Part shown: piece after piece, positions 32,935-44,111 of the stretch
Layout of the letters: every line of letters begins with the position of its first letter
Position numbering within the stretch: the stretch's first letter is position 1
Source: Salisapilia sapeloensis CBS 127946
Taxonomy: Eukaryota; Protista; Oomycota
Assembly (NCBI GenBank): GCA_023334545.1
Contig: JAADVB010000051.1
Location: 27,444 to 91,443 of the forward strand
Length of the DNA stretch: 64,000 nucleotides
Reading direction: 5' to 3'
Notes under the pieces: model-generated
The model's database searches: none
Seen by the model: only the letters and a program-made list of their open reading frames with translations
Told to the model about the DNA's origin: nothing
Made by a program: the position numbers and the translations under genes

Positions 32935-33883
32935 ATGGGAGGAGTATTCTCATCGTCGAGTGATAAGCACAAGGGTGGACCTAAGTTAAGCCCGCCTCGA
33001 GAAGGACGTAAGAAAGTTGCTGCACGTGCTCAAGTCACATCCAAAGACAAGGCAGTGCTGGAATTAAAAAATGCTCGTGATAAACTGCGGAGGTACCAGC
33101 GGCGCCTCGATGTCGAGTCAGATCAGCTTTTACAGCAAGTCAAGCAGCTCTTGGAGTCCGGAAAAAAGGTATTGGATGCATTGATAGGAGACAAGTCTAT
33201 ATTTAACATCGATTGTCTTGTATGCATCAGGATCGAGCCATGTTGGTGTTGAAGATGAAAAAGTATAAAGAGATACAGATGAAAAAAGCAGACGAGCAGC
33301 TTTTGCAGGTCCTTCAAATGGTGGATACGGTCGAGTGGGAGACGCAGCAGTTACAGGTCTTTAACGGTCTAAAGGCTGGCAACGAAGCACTAAATGCGAT
33401 TCACGAGGTAGTTGACAGTGAACTTATGAGAGATTATAAAGTAGTAACTTGGGTGGATGCGTAGGAGATGACGGTGGAAGACGTGGAGAATCTGATGCTG
33501 GAGACAGAGGAAGCACAAGCTACAGAAGATGTATGTCTATCCTTTTTATCAGACACGATTGGTTGCATTTATAAATATAAAATGGAAATAGGAAATCAGT
33601 CAGCTACTAGGAAGCAATTTGAGTGTCGAAGTGGAAGACGCTGCATTACAAGAGTTGGAAGAGCTAGAGAAAGAGGAAGCTGCCGAATTGGAGAAGCAGC
33701 TGCCAGAAGCACCCACTTCTGCAATTGAAACAGGTATTTTATCCCTCCTTCGTTATGCCGAAACCCCGTAGTAACTTGGAATTGATAGATGACATCCAAG
33801 TGTCGGAAGAGCCGTTTGCACAAGCACCGGCAAGAACGAAGAAGTCTGTTGAAAAGAAGAGAGAGCCCATCGCCGCTACTTGA
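32935..33883 (+). CDS. VPS20: ESCRT-III subunit Vps20/CHMP6, 5 exons
   Basis: MGGVFS myristoylation start; KDKAVLELKNARDKLRRYQ, A.LVLKMKKYKE, VEWETQQLQVFNGLKAGNEALN..H, MTVEDVENLM; introns 33169-33230, 33408-33464, 33531-33591 and ~33737-33789. Confidence 0.92.
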
Positions 33884-33988
33884 TCTAGCTGTAGATAAAA
33901 CGTATGAACAGGAGACACGTAGCAAGAGAGGCCGAGTACTCTGAGTACCTGTCTTCCTGTCTACTTCAACTACACTTCAATAGCATTC

Positions 33989-34044
33989 TTTTCTACCAAT
34001 CCCCAATCTCTTTTCTTGAATTACGTGTTTGGATTGGTTAAAAA
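33989..34044. promoter_or_regulatory. Pair of extended CCAAT boxes upstream of the CEP295-like gene
   Basis: TTTTCTACCAATC at 33989-34001 and GATTGGTTAAAAA at 34032-34044, 55-100 nt before ATG 34099. Confidence 0.55.
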
Positions 34045-34098
34045 TATTACCGACATGAAAACGGTCAAGTAGAAGAGTCCAAGGCGTCACGGTACGCG

Positions 34099-37000
34099 AT
34101 GTCACCTCCACGCGACGTAGGACCTTGTAAAAAAGAGAATCGTCGTGATAATTATCTTGGAGATACAGAAAAAGGTTATGTAAAAGCGAAGAAAGCTCCG
34201 ACGACAGTTAGTAGTCTCAAACCGAATGGTCGGTATGGCGAAATCGCCCTCAGTGCCAATGAAGTCGAGTACTGGAAGCGCCAGGATGAAGAGCGTAGGC
34301 GAAAGAAGAGGTTGCAAAGAGTACGAAAGCATGAACGAAATGTTTCGAACGTCATCACGAAACGGTATCGAGATAATTTACAAGCATTGCGTAAGAAAAA
34401 GCGATCGGAAGCAGAACAGCGGCATTTGGAACAGAAAGAAGTGCTATTGACGGATTTAATACACAAGTACCAGACAAGTCTTGCGAATGTTGGGTCAGCC
34501 CATCGTCAAGCTGGCCAGAAACGTTCGGAATTGTCAGCACAAGCTCAAAAAGAGCGACAAAAATGGACTTATAACGATGAAGTGGTGGGGAAGGAGAGAT
34601 ATGACCTTGCGAGTCTTGACGAGAAGCAGCAAGAGCGGATGCGAAATGCGTGGAAAAAGGAGATTGAAACGAATATGAGAAGAGTAAAGCAGCTAAGTGA
34701 AAGACAGCGTATGCATGCACACCAACGTGCAAAACGACAAGATGATCTAGATACAATGCAGGAACAAGCACGTCTGGAAGCTTTGAAACGCCATGAAAGG
34801 ACCATGAAAGAAGAAGTACATTCGATGCCACGACGAGAGGCACCTGACGTCTCCGCCTACAGATTCTCCCGTATGCATTCCGAGTCACGACCGTCGGATC
34901 TTCCATCTCGTACGAAGGAAGTAAAGGTCGTACGGCATATTGGTGCGAAACGAAATGCTGCAAGTGAAGCGGAGCAATTGACGACAGAATTGGATCAACA
35001 GCGAGAGCAGCAACGTCTAGAAGAAGAGGAGCGGACCATGACAGCGGAAGAAAGAGGGAGTAGAGCGAGGAGGCACGTCGAGTCTGAACGCGAGGGTGCA
35101 AAGGTCATGGCGTGGTTAGCAGAACAGGATCGAGCAGAGAGACAGCAGCAGACTTCGGCATATGGTATTCATTCTTTTGGAAGAGATGAAAGGAGGTCGA
35201 GTCGTGGAGAATCAGAGTTTGAAAGAGCTTTTGAAATAACATCTGCGGATGGACAATTGTCTGAGCTGTCTGTCGTAGAAGAGGAGAGTAAATGTTCGTC
35301 GGCCGAAGGAGTATCAAAAATTGATGTGAAGACTAGTGTGGACAGGTCTCCATTAAATGTGGACGCATCTGCTTCTCCGATGGTTTTAAATGAAGAAGAG
35401 CGTATCGACGATAGTAGAGTAATATCAGAAGGAGAGAGTGTGGTACAGTTGTCTCCATCGACGCCGCCAAAAGAAGTAATAGATCCAGCGATGCGACGCT
35501 GGATGGATGAGGTACGAGATCTAGAGCAAATTCTTCGAGAACAGGAAGAGAGGGAAATGGGCAAACTATCAGCAGGTCTAGTGGAGGAGAAACCTCCTCA
35601 TCCAGAAGAAAGAGATAAGGCAGATGATGCTCTAGATGAAGAACTGTCCAGTGGTAAAAGCAGTCTTTCAAGCTTTAAAAGGTCCGTCGTGTCTGCTCAT
35701 GAGGTAGAAGAAGAGAGACAACCTGCTTCTAGTTCTGGACCTTACAGCGAGTCCAAAGCATCTTCAAAAAGCTCTTATAGCCAGAGGTCACAGCTTAGCC
35801 AAGAACAGGATGCACAAGTCGATGAAGCTAGCGATGCTAATGTACCTATGGCCGTGTCTAAGGGTAATGATACACCGCAGTCTAGTAGACAGGATCCTAC
35901 TTCTCCAATGCCTCAACTGCATTCACCTCCACTATATGAACAGGGAGAGACAGATGAACTGCATCAATCAGCTCCATTATCTTCTAACGCTTCGAATAAG
36001 AGCAGTATTAGTCAAAAACTAAGCACTCGGTTACCTAGCAGTACTAGTCAGAAGCTAGGCTCCAAAGTACCTAGTAGTCTTTCCCAACAGTCCATCCATC
36101 AACTTCCGATGGAGACATCCAACGCTGCAAGTGATCACTTTAGCTCTGCAGCACTGTCGAGTCATTCATCTGCTACTGACGATGACGTTATACCTCGTCT
36201 GCCATCTCGATTCGGGCACTTTGCGACACCAGAGCTTAGCTTGTCAGATCTTTCTCGTGAGGGAGATGACGATGCAAAAGAAGAGTCGACGAAAGCGTCA
36301 GGCAGCTTTCAACAGCACTCGATCCCATCTGCCTTCGCCTCATCATCGGCTTCACATGACATTTTGTCGAATTTTCAGGAGCAACATGCTTCTGGTAGCA
36401 ATCTAAATCAACCAGAAGAGTTGAATGAATCGGGAGTTACGACGGATGGACTTGCTCCTGACTATGCCGGACTGTCCTATGTGAGGCAAATGGATCATCA
36501 CAACTATCCTGGTCCTACGTACTCCAGCTCATCTGCGTCATCCAAACAGTACTCTTTACCACACTCTGAACATGGCACAACTATAAATGCAGGCCAAGAG
36601 CCAGATGTGTCGACGGAAGGAAGGGTCGCTGCTCTTGTGCCAATGTTTCCTGGGTATCATTCAGACATCAAGTTATCGCATCATTCGGATGAGCAAGTAC
36701 TGGAGAAAAGTAACGAACAATTAAGTGCATCTAGTTCTCATGCAGGAGAAAGCTTGCGATCAGACAGCCAAGACAGTAAAAAGTCGCTTGCTTCTTCTAG
36801 TGCTTCAAGCGATTCTATGGTGTCTGTGATGACTGGTATGCAGCAACTGTCGCTTGCTCCATCTCGTGCACCATCAAAGATGGAGGCAAGTTACAGCCAG
36901 CACAGTATTCACAAGTCCACGCAGAATGCAGGTGAGTCGCAAGAGTCAGCTTTCCAGAGCTCCCAGTACTCGTTACGAAGAAGTGGTGTGTCGGCAGATA

Positions 37001-38021
37001 GTCGAGTTCTAGCCTCGTCTTCTAGCTCTAATGAACCAACGCACGAGCAGATACTGTCGCTCATGGCGCAAGTGACGAACGGCCATCCGCTGCACTACAG
37101 AGTCCCACCCAGAGCGTTCGGGACACAGGACATGACAAAGCCGCCTCTTCCTGTACCATGGGCAGAAGAATCATCATCAAGCGAAGAGATAGAGCAGACT
37201 ATCCAGGGGAATGTATCTCAATTAGACGTGGAAGAGCGAGCTGAAGGATCAGAGGGTAAAAGCAGTCGATCTATGTCATCTTCTAGTAGCAGCCCAAAAA
37301 GCAATAGTCAACATTCTAGTAGCCATCCAGCTGCCGATAGCTCTCGAGGTCGTCGTTGTTCATCTAGCTCCAGCGCAAGTGAACGAAAAGATCAAGTCAA
37401 GTACCCGTTCCTACCGTCTCAACCGTTCACTCCGATGGACATGAGTCAGCCACCAGCTCCAGCTTTTCATTTTCAGACTCGAATACCACGTCAGCAGGAT
37501 TTGTCATCCTCTTCTAGCTCTCAATCCAGACAGGAAGAGTCGGTTGCATCTAGTTCCCAGGGACAGAGTGAGTCGAGTGAAGAGATGCCAGCGAACCTTG
37601 CAGATGCATTTCGACAGCGTCATCCACATTTCCGACGGCGTGTGGAAGAGAATAGAAGGCGGCAGGAACAGAAACGACAGGAGACGAACGCTCGTGCGAT
37701 GAAGTTGTCTGCACAATCAAAGGAAGAGCCGAGTGATAGTGATCCGACCTTGGTAGAGCGGTTGGCGACTGGAAAACGAGCACGCATGTCGGAGAAAGAA
37801 ATGAAAGAGAGAACGAGTCGGTTGTATCATCAGCTGCCAGAAGTAGTGGAGCAACGACGACAGGAGGATGTCATGCGTCGTCGACGAGAGCGCTTGAACC
37901 AGATGAAAGAGCAAGAAAAGGTAAAAACTTGTACTACCATCGACGTCATTGGCTCGGAACTGACTATTCATACTAGGCACGCCGATTGCAGCAACGCGCA
38001 CGTCGAGATGCGCAGAGATAA
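34099..38021 (+). CDS. CEP295/Ana1-like centriolar protein (N-terminal coiled coil, long Ser-rich linker, C-terminal ALMS motif)
   Basis: LSANE....DEERRRKKRLQRVR.HER N-terminus and LADAFRQRHPHF...EMKERTSRLYHQLPEV ALMS-like motif. Intron 37921-37976 gives the terminal exon ARRLQQRARRDAQR*. Confidence 0.72.
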
Positions 38022-38344
38022 GTTCACGAAAGTATACTGGCGTCCTTTAGAAATTGGTCATCTACGCTCTATCACTTGGTTTCTTCCTTGTCCTCGTCCG
38101 GCATTTTCGTAAAATCCGGGATCGTCAAGTCTGGTTTGAGAATTGCATGCATCGCACTCGACCCAGCGAAGAGTGCGCCCATGGCACTCGTGTAGATGAT
38201 CAAGTACTGCTTGCCCGTCACGCGCATTTGTGGTCTGATAGCTGGTCATTGACATGGTCTCTCATTGGGTATATTTCTGAATATTGCATTTCAATTGGAT
38301 GTTAATCACCATCGATTATAAAATTCGCCAAACTACGCACCGAA

Positions 38345-38812
38345 ATGCTACGAAGAGCGCTTCGATACTCGTTCGCACCGTCTCGAGGTCTTGCGACCGC
38401 AGCAGACTCTGATGTAAAGCAAAAGATTGCCAAACGAAAGAAATCTCGATTTACATTGGTCGGATTGCCGCTATTACTCTTTGTCGTCGGTGGTTATGTC
38501 GGTCTATCGCAGGTGCGTGTCATCATGAATGCACGTACAAGTCGTTTATGATTATTTATGAGTACGATACTATGTATTTGCAGTTTGTGAGTGGCAAGTA
38601 TGAGGCTCGAGACCATAAGTTCAAGAGTCAATCGACAAGAGCGTTTGATTTAGAAGAAGAACACAAGGTAGTCTTTTGTGCGATTGATTCCATCATTTTT
38701 CTCATAATTTGATACGTTAATCATGTGATAGAAAATGACCGAGAAGCTCATGCTGGATGACTATGAGATCAAGCCTGTGCCAACATTGGAGGAGACGGAC
38801 GATAAAAAGTAG
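38345..38812 (+). CDS. COX16: Cytochrome c oxidase assembly factor COX16, 3 exons
   Basis: Mitochondrial presequence, GLPLLLFVVGGYVGLSQF TM, FDLEEEHKK, DDYEIKPVP; introns 38513-38583 and 38668-38731. Confidence 0.8.
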
Positions 38813-38938
38813 AATTTTGACAAGCAAAACAGAGATTGACACAAATATCCATGGCCTTTGAACGATATCTGGTGCATTGATGCTCTTAGCACTGCTTCAT
38901 GCCATCACAACAGTATCTTTCCTTCTGTCTAGCTCGTT

Positions 38939-40133
38939 TTACAGCCGGCTGGAAGGCTCTGACGGGCCCATCGCACGTGCTGCTTTCGAACTTGTTGGTC
39001 GCTTCAAGACGTTGGAAATGTACGCACCGACTTCCATCACTTTATGCAAGTCAACGCCAGTCGAGATGCCTAATCCATGCAGCATGTAAAGCACGTCTTC
39101 CGTCGCGACATTTCCGGACGCTCCTCTTGCATACGGACATCCTCCCAGACCTGCCACAGAGCTATCAACGACAGAAATTCCCTCCTACTCTTCCGTAAGA
39201 TCTTATGCAGTAGGGTAGAAAAGTAAAGATATGCACCTGAAGAGCAATAAGGATATTCGAGAGCGCTTGTCCGTACGTGTCGTGGAAGTGGACAGCTAGC
39301 TGGTCGGTTGGTACAACTTGTTTGGTGGCATCGAGCATCCGGAGGGTCGATGCTGGGTTTCCAATCCCAATCGTGTCACCGAGAGAAATCTCGTAGCAGC
39401 CCATCTGAAGCATTTCCTTGGCTACTCTGGCCACATCGGATGGGTCCACGTCTCCTTGGTATGGACAGCCAAGGACACACGAGACGTACCTAGTAGCAAT
39501 TAGCTATGGCGTTTTTATTGGAATGAAGAAGAAAAAGATAGAGTACCCTCGAACTCGAATACCGTGCTCTTTGGCTTTTTCACAAACGGGGCGGAATCGA
39601 TCCAAACTTTCTTCGATGGAGCAATTGATGTTTTTCTGGCTAAAGGCTTCCGACGCGGCTCCAAAGACCGCAACTTCTTTCGCCCCAGCTTCAATTGCTG
39701 CATCCAATCCCTGTGTTTGTACGTACGTCAGTACAAAAACAAAAAAATCTTCCATGGTAGATTTATATGCCTTTAAATTCGGTGTTAAAACTGGGTAGGA
39801 GACGCCACTTTTTCGCGCAATACTCTTCAGTACGTCGCTGTTATCCGCCATCTATGTTCGAAAGTTCATATCAAGCACTAGATAGCAGATTAAAAGGCTT
39901 TTAACCTGTGGGATCCATTTGGGGGACACGAAAGCTGTGGCTTCGATGGCCTGCAGACCAGTCTCCGAGAGATAGTTGATCAATTGCACCTTATCTTCTG
40001 TTGTGACGATCGCAGGTTCATTCTGCAGTCCATCACGCGGCCCGACCTCCACAATTTTGACCGAGGAAGGGTACGTAGGTCTAGCAGACGTCCCAAACGC
40101 TCTCGTCGTGCGCATCAATCGTTCGAGCATCAT
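38939..40133 (-). CDS. HMGCL: Hydroxymethylglutaryl-CoA lyase, mitochondrial, multi-exon
   Basis: [61 protein letters not shown]. Confidence 0.95.
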
Positions 40134-40426
40134 ATCGATTCTGATTATGATAAGAAGACTTGTATCAACTTCAAGCTGAGACATTTTTGCGCATCAAAGC
40201 TTCAGAATTTATTCACATTAGATCTAGTCTAATATCAGCCCACTAATGTCTCCATGGCACTTGTAGAAGCACCTTATGGAGCGATATATTTTGCTTGGCG
40301 TCCCATCTCATGAGAAGCTACCTGAAATAACTGAAATTGCTTCAGATCGGAATGGATTGGCCTCATGTCGGCAGCTATACTTTAAACCAGTCATCTGGTG
40401 CGTCCGCTTGACCGATAAAAGCAGGA

Positions 40427-41399
40427 ATGGCCTCTTCTGACCGATCGCAGCGTCTTAATGGACTTCAGAATGGAGTTATCGGGTCCCTCGCCGGTATGAT
40501 TGAAGTCATGATTCAGCAGCCCACCATTGCCATCAAAAATGCCGTCCAGGTACCTCTACACGAATCTATGGCAGTCCTTATTCGACATTTATTTGACATG
40601 TTCTTCTCTTTTTCATAAATAGCAATCTCGTCCGATTCCATGGTCCGTCCCAACGCTTTATCGTGGTATCGGCGTCACACTTTCGTCCATTGCGCCCATC
40701 AGTGCGATCCAATTCGCTGCGAATGGCAAGCTTTTGGCTCTAGCAAGCAGTGGTTCCATCGCTGCCATTCCTCCTCCACAGGATTCGGACACTAAGCAAG
40801 TCGCTGCTACAAGCAATAGCGTTAAGATTGCATGTGGAGCAATGGCTGGAAGTGTTTCGGCTCTTGTCGGATGTCCTGCGGAACTCGTCATGACACTCCA
40901 GCAAAACCACGGTCAATCCTTCATCCAGACTATTCGCTCTGTTGCTTCCCAACATGGTGCATCTCGCTTGTATCGTGGACTAGTGGCAACTACAATGCGA
41001 GAAGCGGTGTGGTGTTCTTGCTACCTGGCACTAGCACCAGTGGCGAGTGACACTTTGCATGAACTCGTTCCCTCCACTTTCGGTACTCGGGAAGAAGCGA
41101 CGCTTTCGCAACGAACGTCTGCTGCCGTAAGTGGAAGTATCTTGGCTGGACTGTTCACGATTTACGTGACCCAGCCGATCGATACCATTAAGACAGTTAT
41201 GCAAGGTGAGGCTTTGCACAACAAGAAGGTGGACGGGTTTGTCAAAACCTCTACCCGCGTCTGGAAGGAAGGTGGCTTGTCGAGAGTGTACCGAGGAACG
41301 GTTGCTCGAGGCGGACGACTCATCGGAGCAGTGTTCATTTTGGGCCAAGCACGAAACTTTTTGGAAAAGCAGTTTGATGAGCACAAGCTTCTGGCATAG
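40427..41399 (+). CDS. Mitochondrial carrier family (SLC25) protein, 2 exons
   Basis: Three-repeat layout with G...G helices, LYRG motifs and QPIDTIKTVMQ signature; intron 40550-40622. Confidence 0.85.
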
Positions 41400-41479
41400 A
41401 GATATGAAATAGAACCAAAGCAATACAAAGTGACTCGTTATCATGGCATTCGATGGTCTAGCAGGATACGTGTGATTAT

Positions 41480-43929
41480 CTATGAAAGGGTACAGTGGCA
41501 ACGATCCAGTCGGAGTGATGTCGCAATGCGTTCGAGAGCGACATCCGCTTGATGCGGAAGTACGACTTTGATGCATCCTTTGATCAATCCTGCTGGCTTT
41601 CCACACCGAACGACTTGGCATTCAAAGGGAGAGAAGGTAGGTTGGGAACGGACGAGAGGATCCAATGAAATGACAGCGACACCTGCAGTAAGACAGTAGG
41701 CTTGTCAATCTATCTAAGTGGTAAATGAAAGTATAAGCGTACCTAGTAAGTCGTCTGTCGTTCCAGCATCGTAGTCCATGAGAACCATGACTAAGTGAAT
41801 TGCTTTGATATCACTTCTTCGATCGCAACATATTCGTAGCTTTGGTACTTGATCATCCTGCCATCTAGACCAGTGTCAAGAACTATGGCACTTCGACATG
41901 CATGCATTTAATTCGTACTCTGGTGAAAGTGTTTTTAGTATCGTTGGTGTGGTTGGATGATGTCCTGTGCTGTCAAGTTGGACTGCTTTCTCTGGAATGG
42001 AGTAGAATTTGATCTATGAAATTTGCCATCGCGTTAATCGGGATGACATTATACTTTTACTTATAGTGCACATACATAGGGGTCACTAGTACCGAAGAGA
42101 GGGTCCATGACAAGTAGGTTCTGGGCTGATAGCTGTCGAAACTCTATGGTTGTGCATTTACTTAAAGATAGAAGTGGCTTTAACGTCGGCTGTGGTGTCG
42201 GAGTAACCTCATACCCTGCACATACAGGAATATGGTCACTCGACACGAGACAACTTGCATCGTTAAAAAACAAAAGCTGCAAGTTATTGTCCAGCCCAGG
42301 TAGAGATTTGTGCAATATGCGGTCGCAGTAAGAAGGTATTCGGCTTTCCTACAAAGATATGAAATGTTTACATATGACAGACACTGGAGAGGTAGAATTT
42401 GAGTTTACGTTATACGACTCTTTTTCATGCCGAATACGCTTAAAAGTTGGAGGGAAAGAAGCTGATGGGAGCTGCCAGTTAATCAAAATTTTCCTCTTTT
42501 GAACTTGTTGATATAGCTGGTCATTTGCATTTAAATGACTCCAGTTGTTTTCCTCGATAAGCTTCATCACAGCGTCGTAATGTTTTTCGTGTGAGTCGTA
42601 TGGAGTGCCAGAGTATGCTAAGTCAATCCTGTAGTTCAGATCTCCAAACCAGAAGCAGTGATCGAACTGCAAATCCAATGCCACATGCTTCATCCCGAAA
42701 CTAGTAGATAAAATCGTTTCGCACTAGCTTCATCATACGCTTGTCAGCATGTAAGAGAGATAAGACAAGATGTCTAATAGATCTTACATCAGCATTGCGC
42801 TTGTCAAGGAACTTTTGATCTTGATGAGCTGCCAGATGACAGCTAACAAAGCAGAGCGACGTGTTATTCACCGAACACTTAAATATTATTCCTCCCTATC
42901 AATTCAATACCAAGTTACCGTAGTGCAGGTAGGTATCAATAAAGTCATCTACCTTATTTCCCAGTACACTCCCGATACCGGTGGGCACGCTTTGCTTTTC
43001 AATCCCGTTCACATGGTGCTTTACTCGAACAAAGACAAAAAGTCGCATACTCATAAGCGCTACTTTACCCACGCGAGTAAACCGCTCGCCTATGTGTCCG
43101 GCTAATCGCTTCGAAAACGATCCCTCTACATAGGTGCGACTTCCCATCCTTTTCATCATTTTGCTAACTTTATGAAGAGATCTCTCTGTCAATGTGCGTT
43201 TTATAGGTTGTGCGGCTTTGCTGTCTGTCTTGCTTTCTGCCTTACTACAGCTACTTTTGGAGGGAGAAGACTTATCATCGTCGTTATCATTGCTGCATTC
43301 GGCAATTTTATCCACTGGGATCACGTCCTCGGCATCAATACATCCGTTTAATTCATCATCGAGATCGTAAAGATTGCTGATGCCACGATCGCTTTGTTCC
43401 AGCTTTGTATTTGTATGTGCATTTCCTCCATTGTCAGAATCAGCATCAGTGCCAGGGCGCTCGTTGTCTCCTATTTCAGATCCTGCTCGGAGACTATTCT
43501 GACGTCTCCCTTCAGACTTCTTCTTGTGTTTGCTCTCCTGGAGACCAATAGCGATGACGTCGAATTTACCACCACCCTCGGGAATCCACTGACTAAGCTC
43601 CCTGGGATCGGGTGTAGCTGTCGCATTGCCCATATTCCAGGACGCAATAAGAATACGGAGTGGCTGTGTCGTGTCCAGTATTTCAGTAAATGAGGCTATC
43701 TTACTTAACTTGCTTGCAATTTGCGAAGTGCTAGATGCTTCATACCGATGTTCCCCTCTCGTTGTCTACACGTCGCAAGAACTAAAACTTGATCTAGTTT
43801 AAAAGTATATTCATGCGTCGTAGCTACCTCGTTCTGTGATCCAGTAGCTATAGAAGCAGTCACATTATTTGTTGGTGACGAAGCCATAAAGCTTAGTAGA
43901 AGTGCCTGTTTAATAGTGTTAAAGCTCAA
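41480..43929 (-). CDS. Inositol polyphosphate 5-phosphatase with C-terminal C2 domain and CaaX tail; 5' end uncertain
   Basis: ILIASWNMGN, IAIGLQE, GNKGG, FVSCHLAAH, FWFGDLNYRI, FPPTFK, RIPSYCDRIL, SDHIPV; then a C2 domain (GTSDPY..MDYDAGTTDDLLG); ends RCHCTLS*. Confidence 0.88.
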
Positions 43930-44111
43930 ATAGGTAAAATGTAACGGAGGAAGCGTTTTATACTCGACAAGAAATCAAAGTTACCGTGAAGCTACACTTG
44001 CTGACGTGTTTGGATAGTAGCAAATTTAATTCATAATTGAAACGGAAGAGTAGTATAGAGCTATCTAGCCATCATGAATTTAGAAATCAATTAAGAATTC
44101 TATAACCAAGT

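Noticed and set aside
38022-38112. ORF-track C-terminus of the 1337-aa protein
   Set aside because: Read-through of intron 37921-37976; the spliced form stops at 38021.
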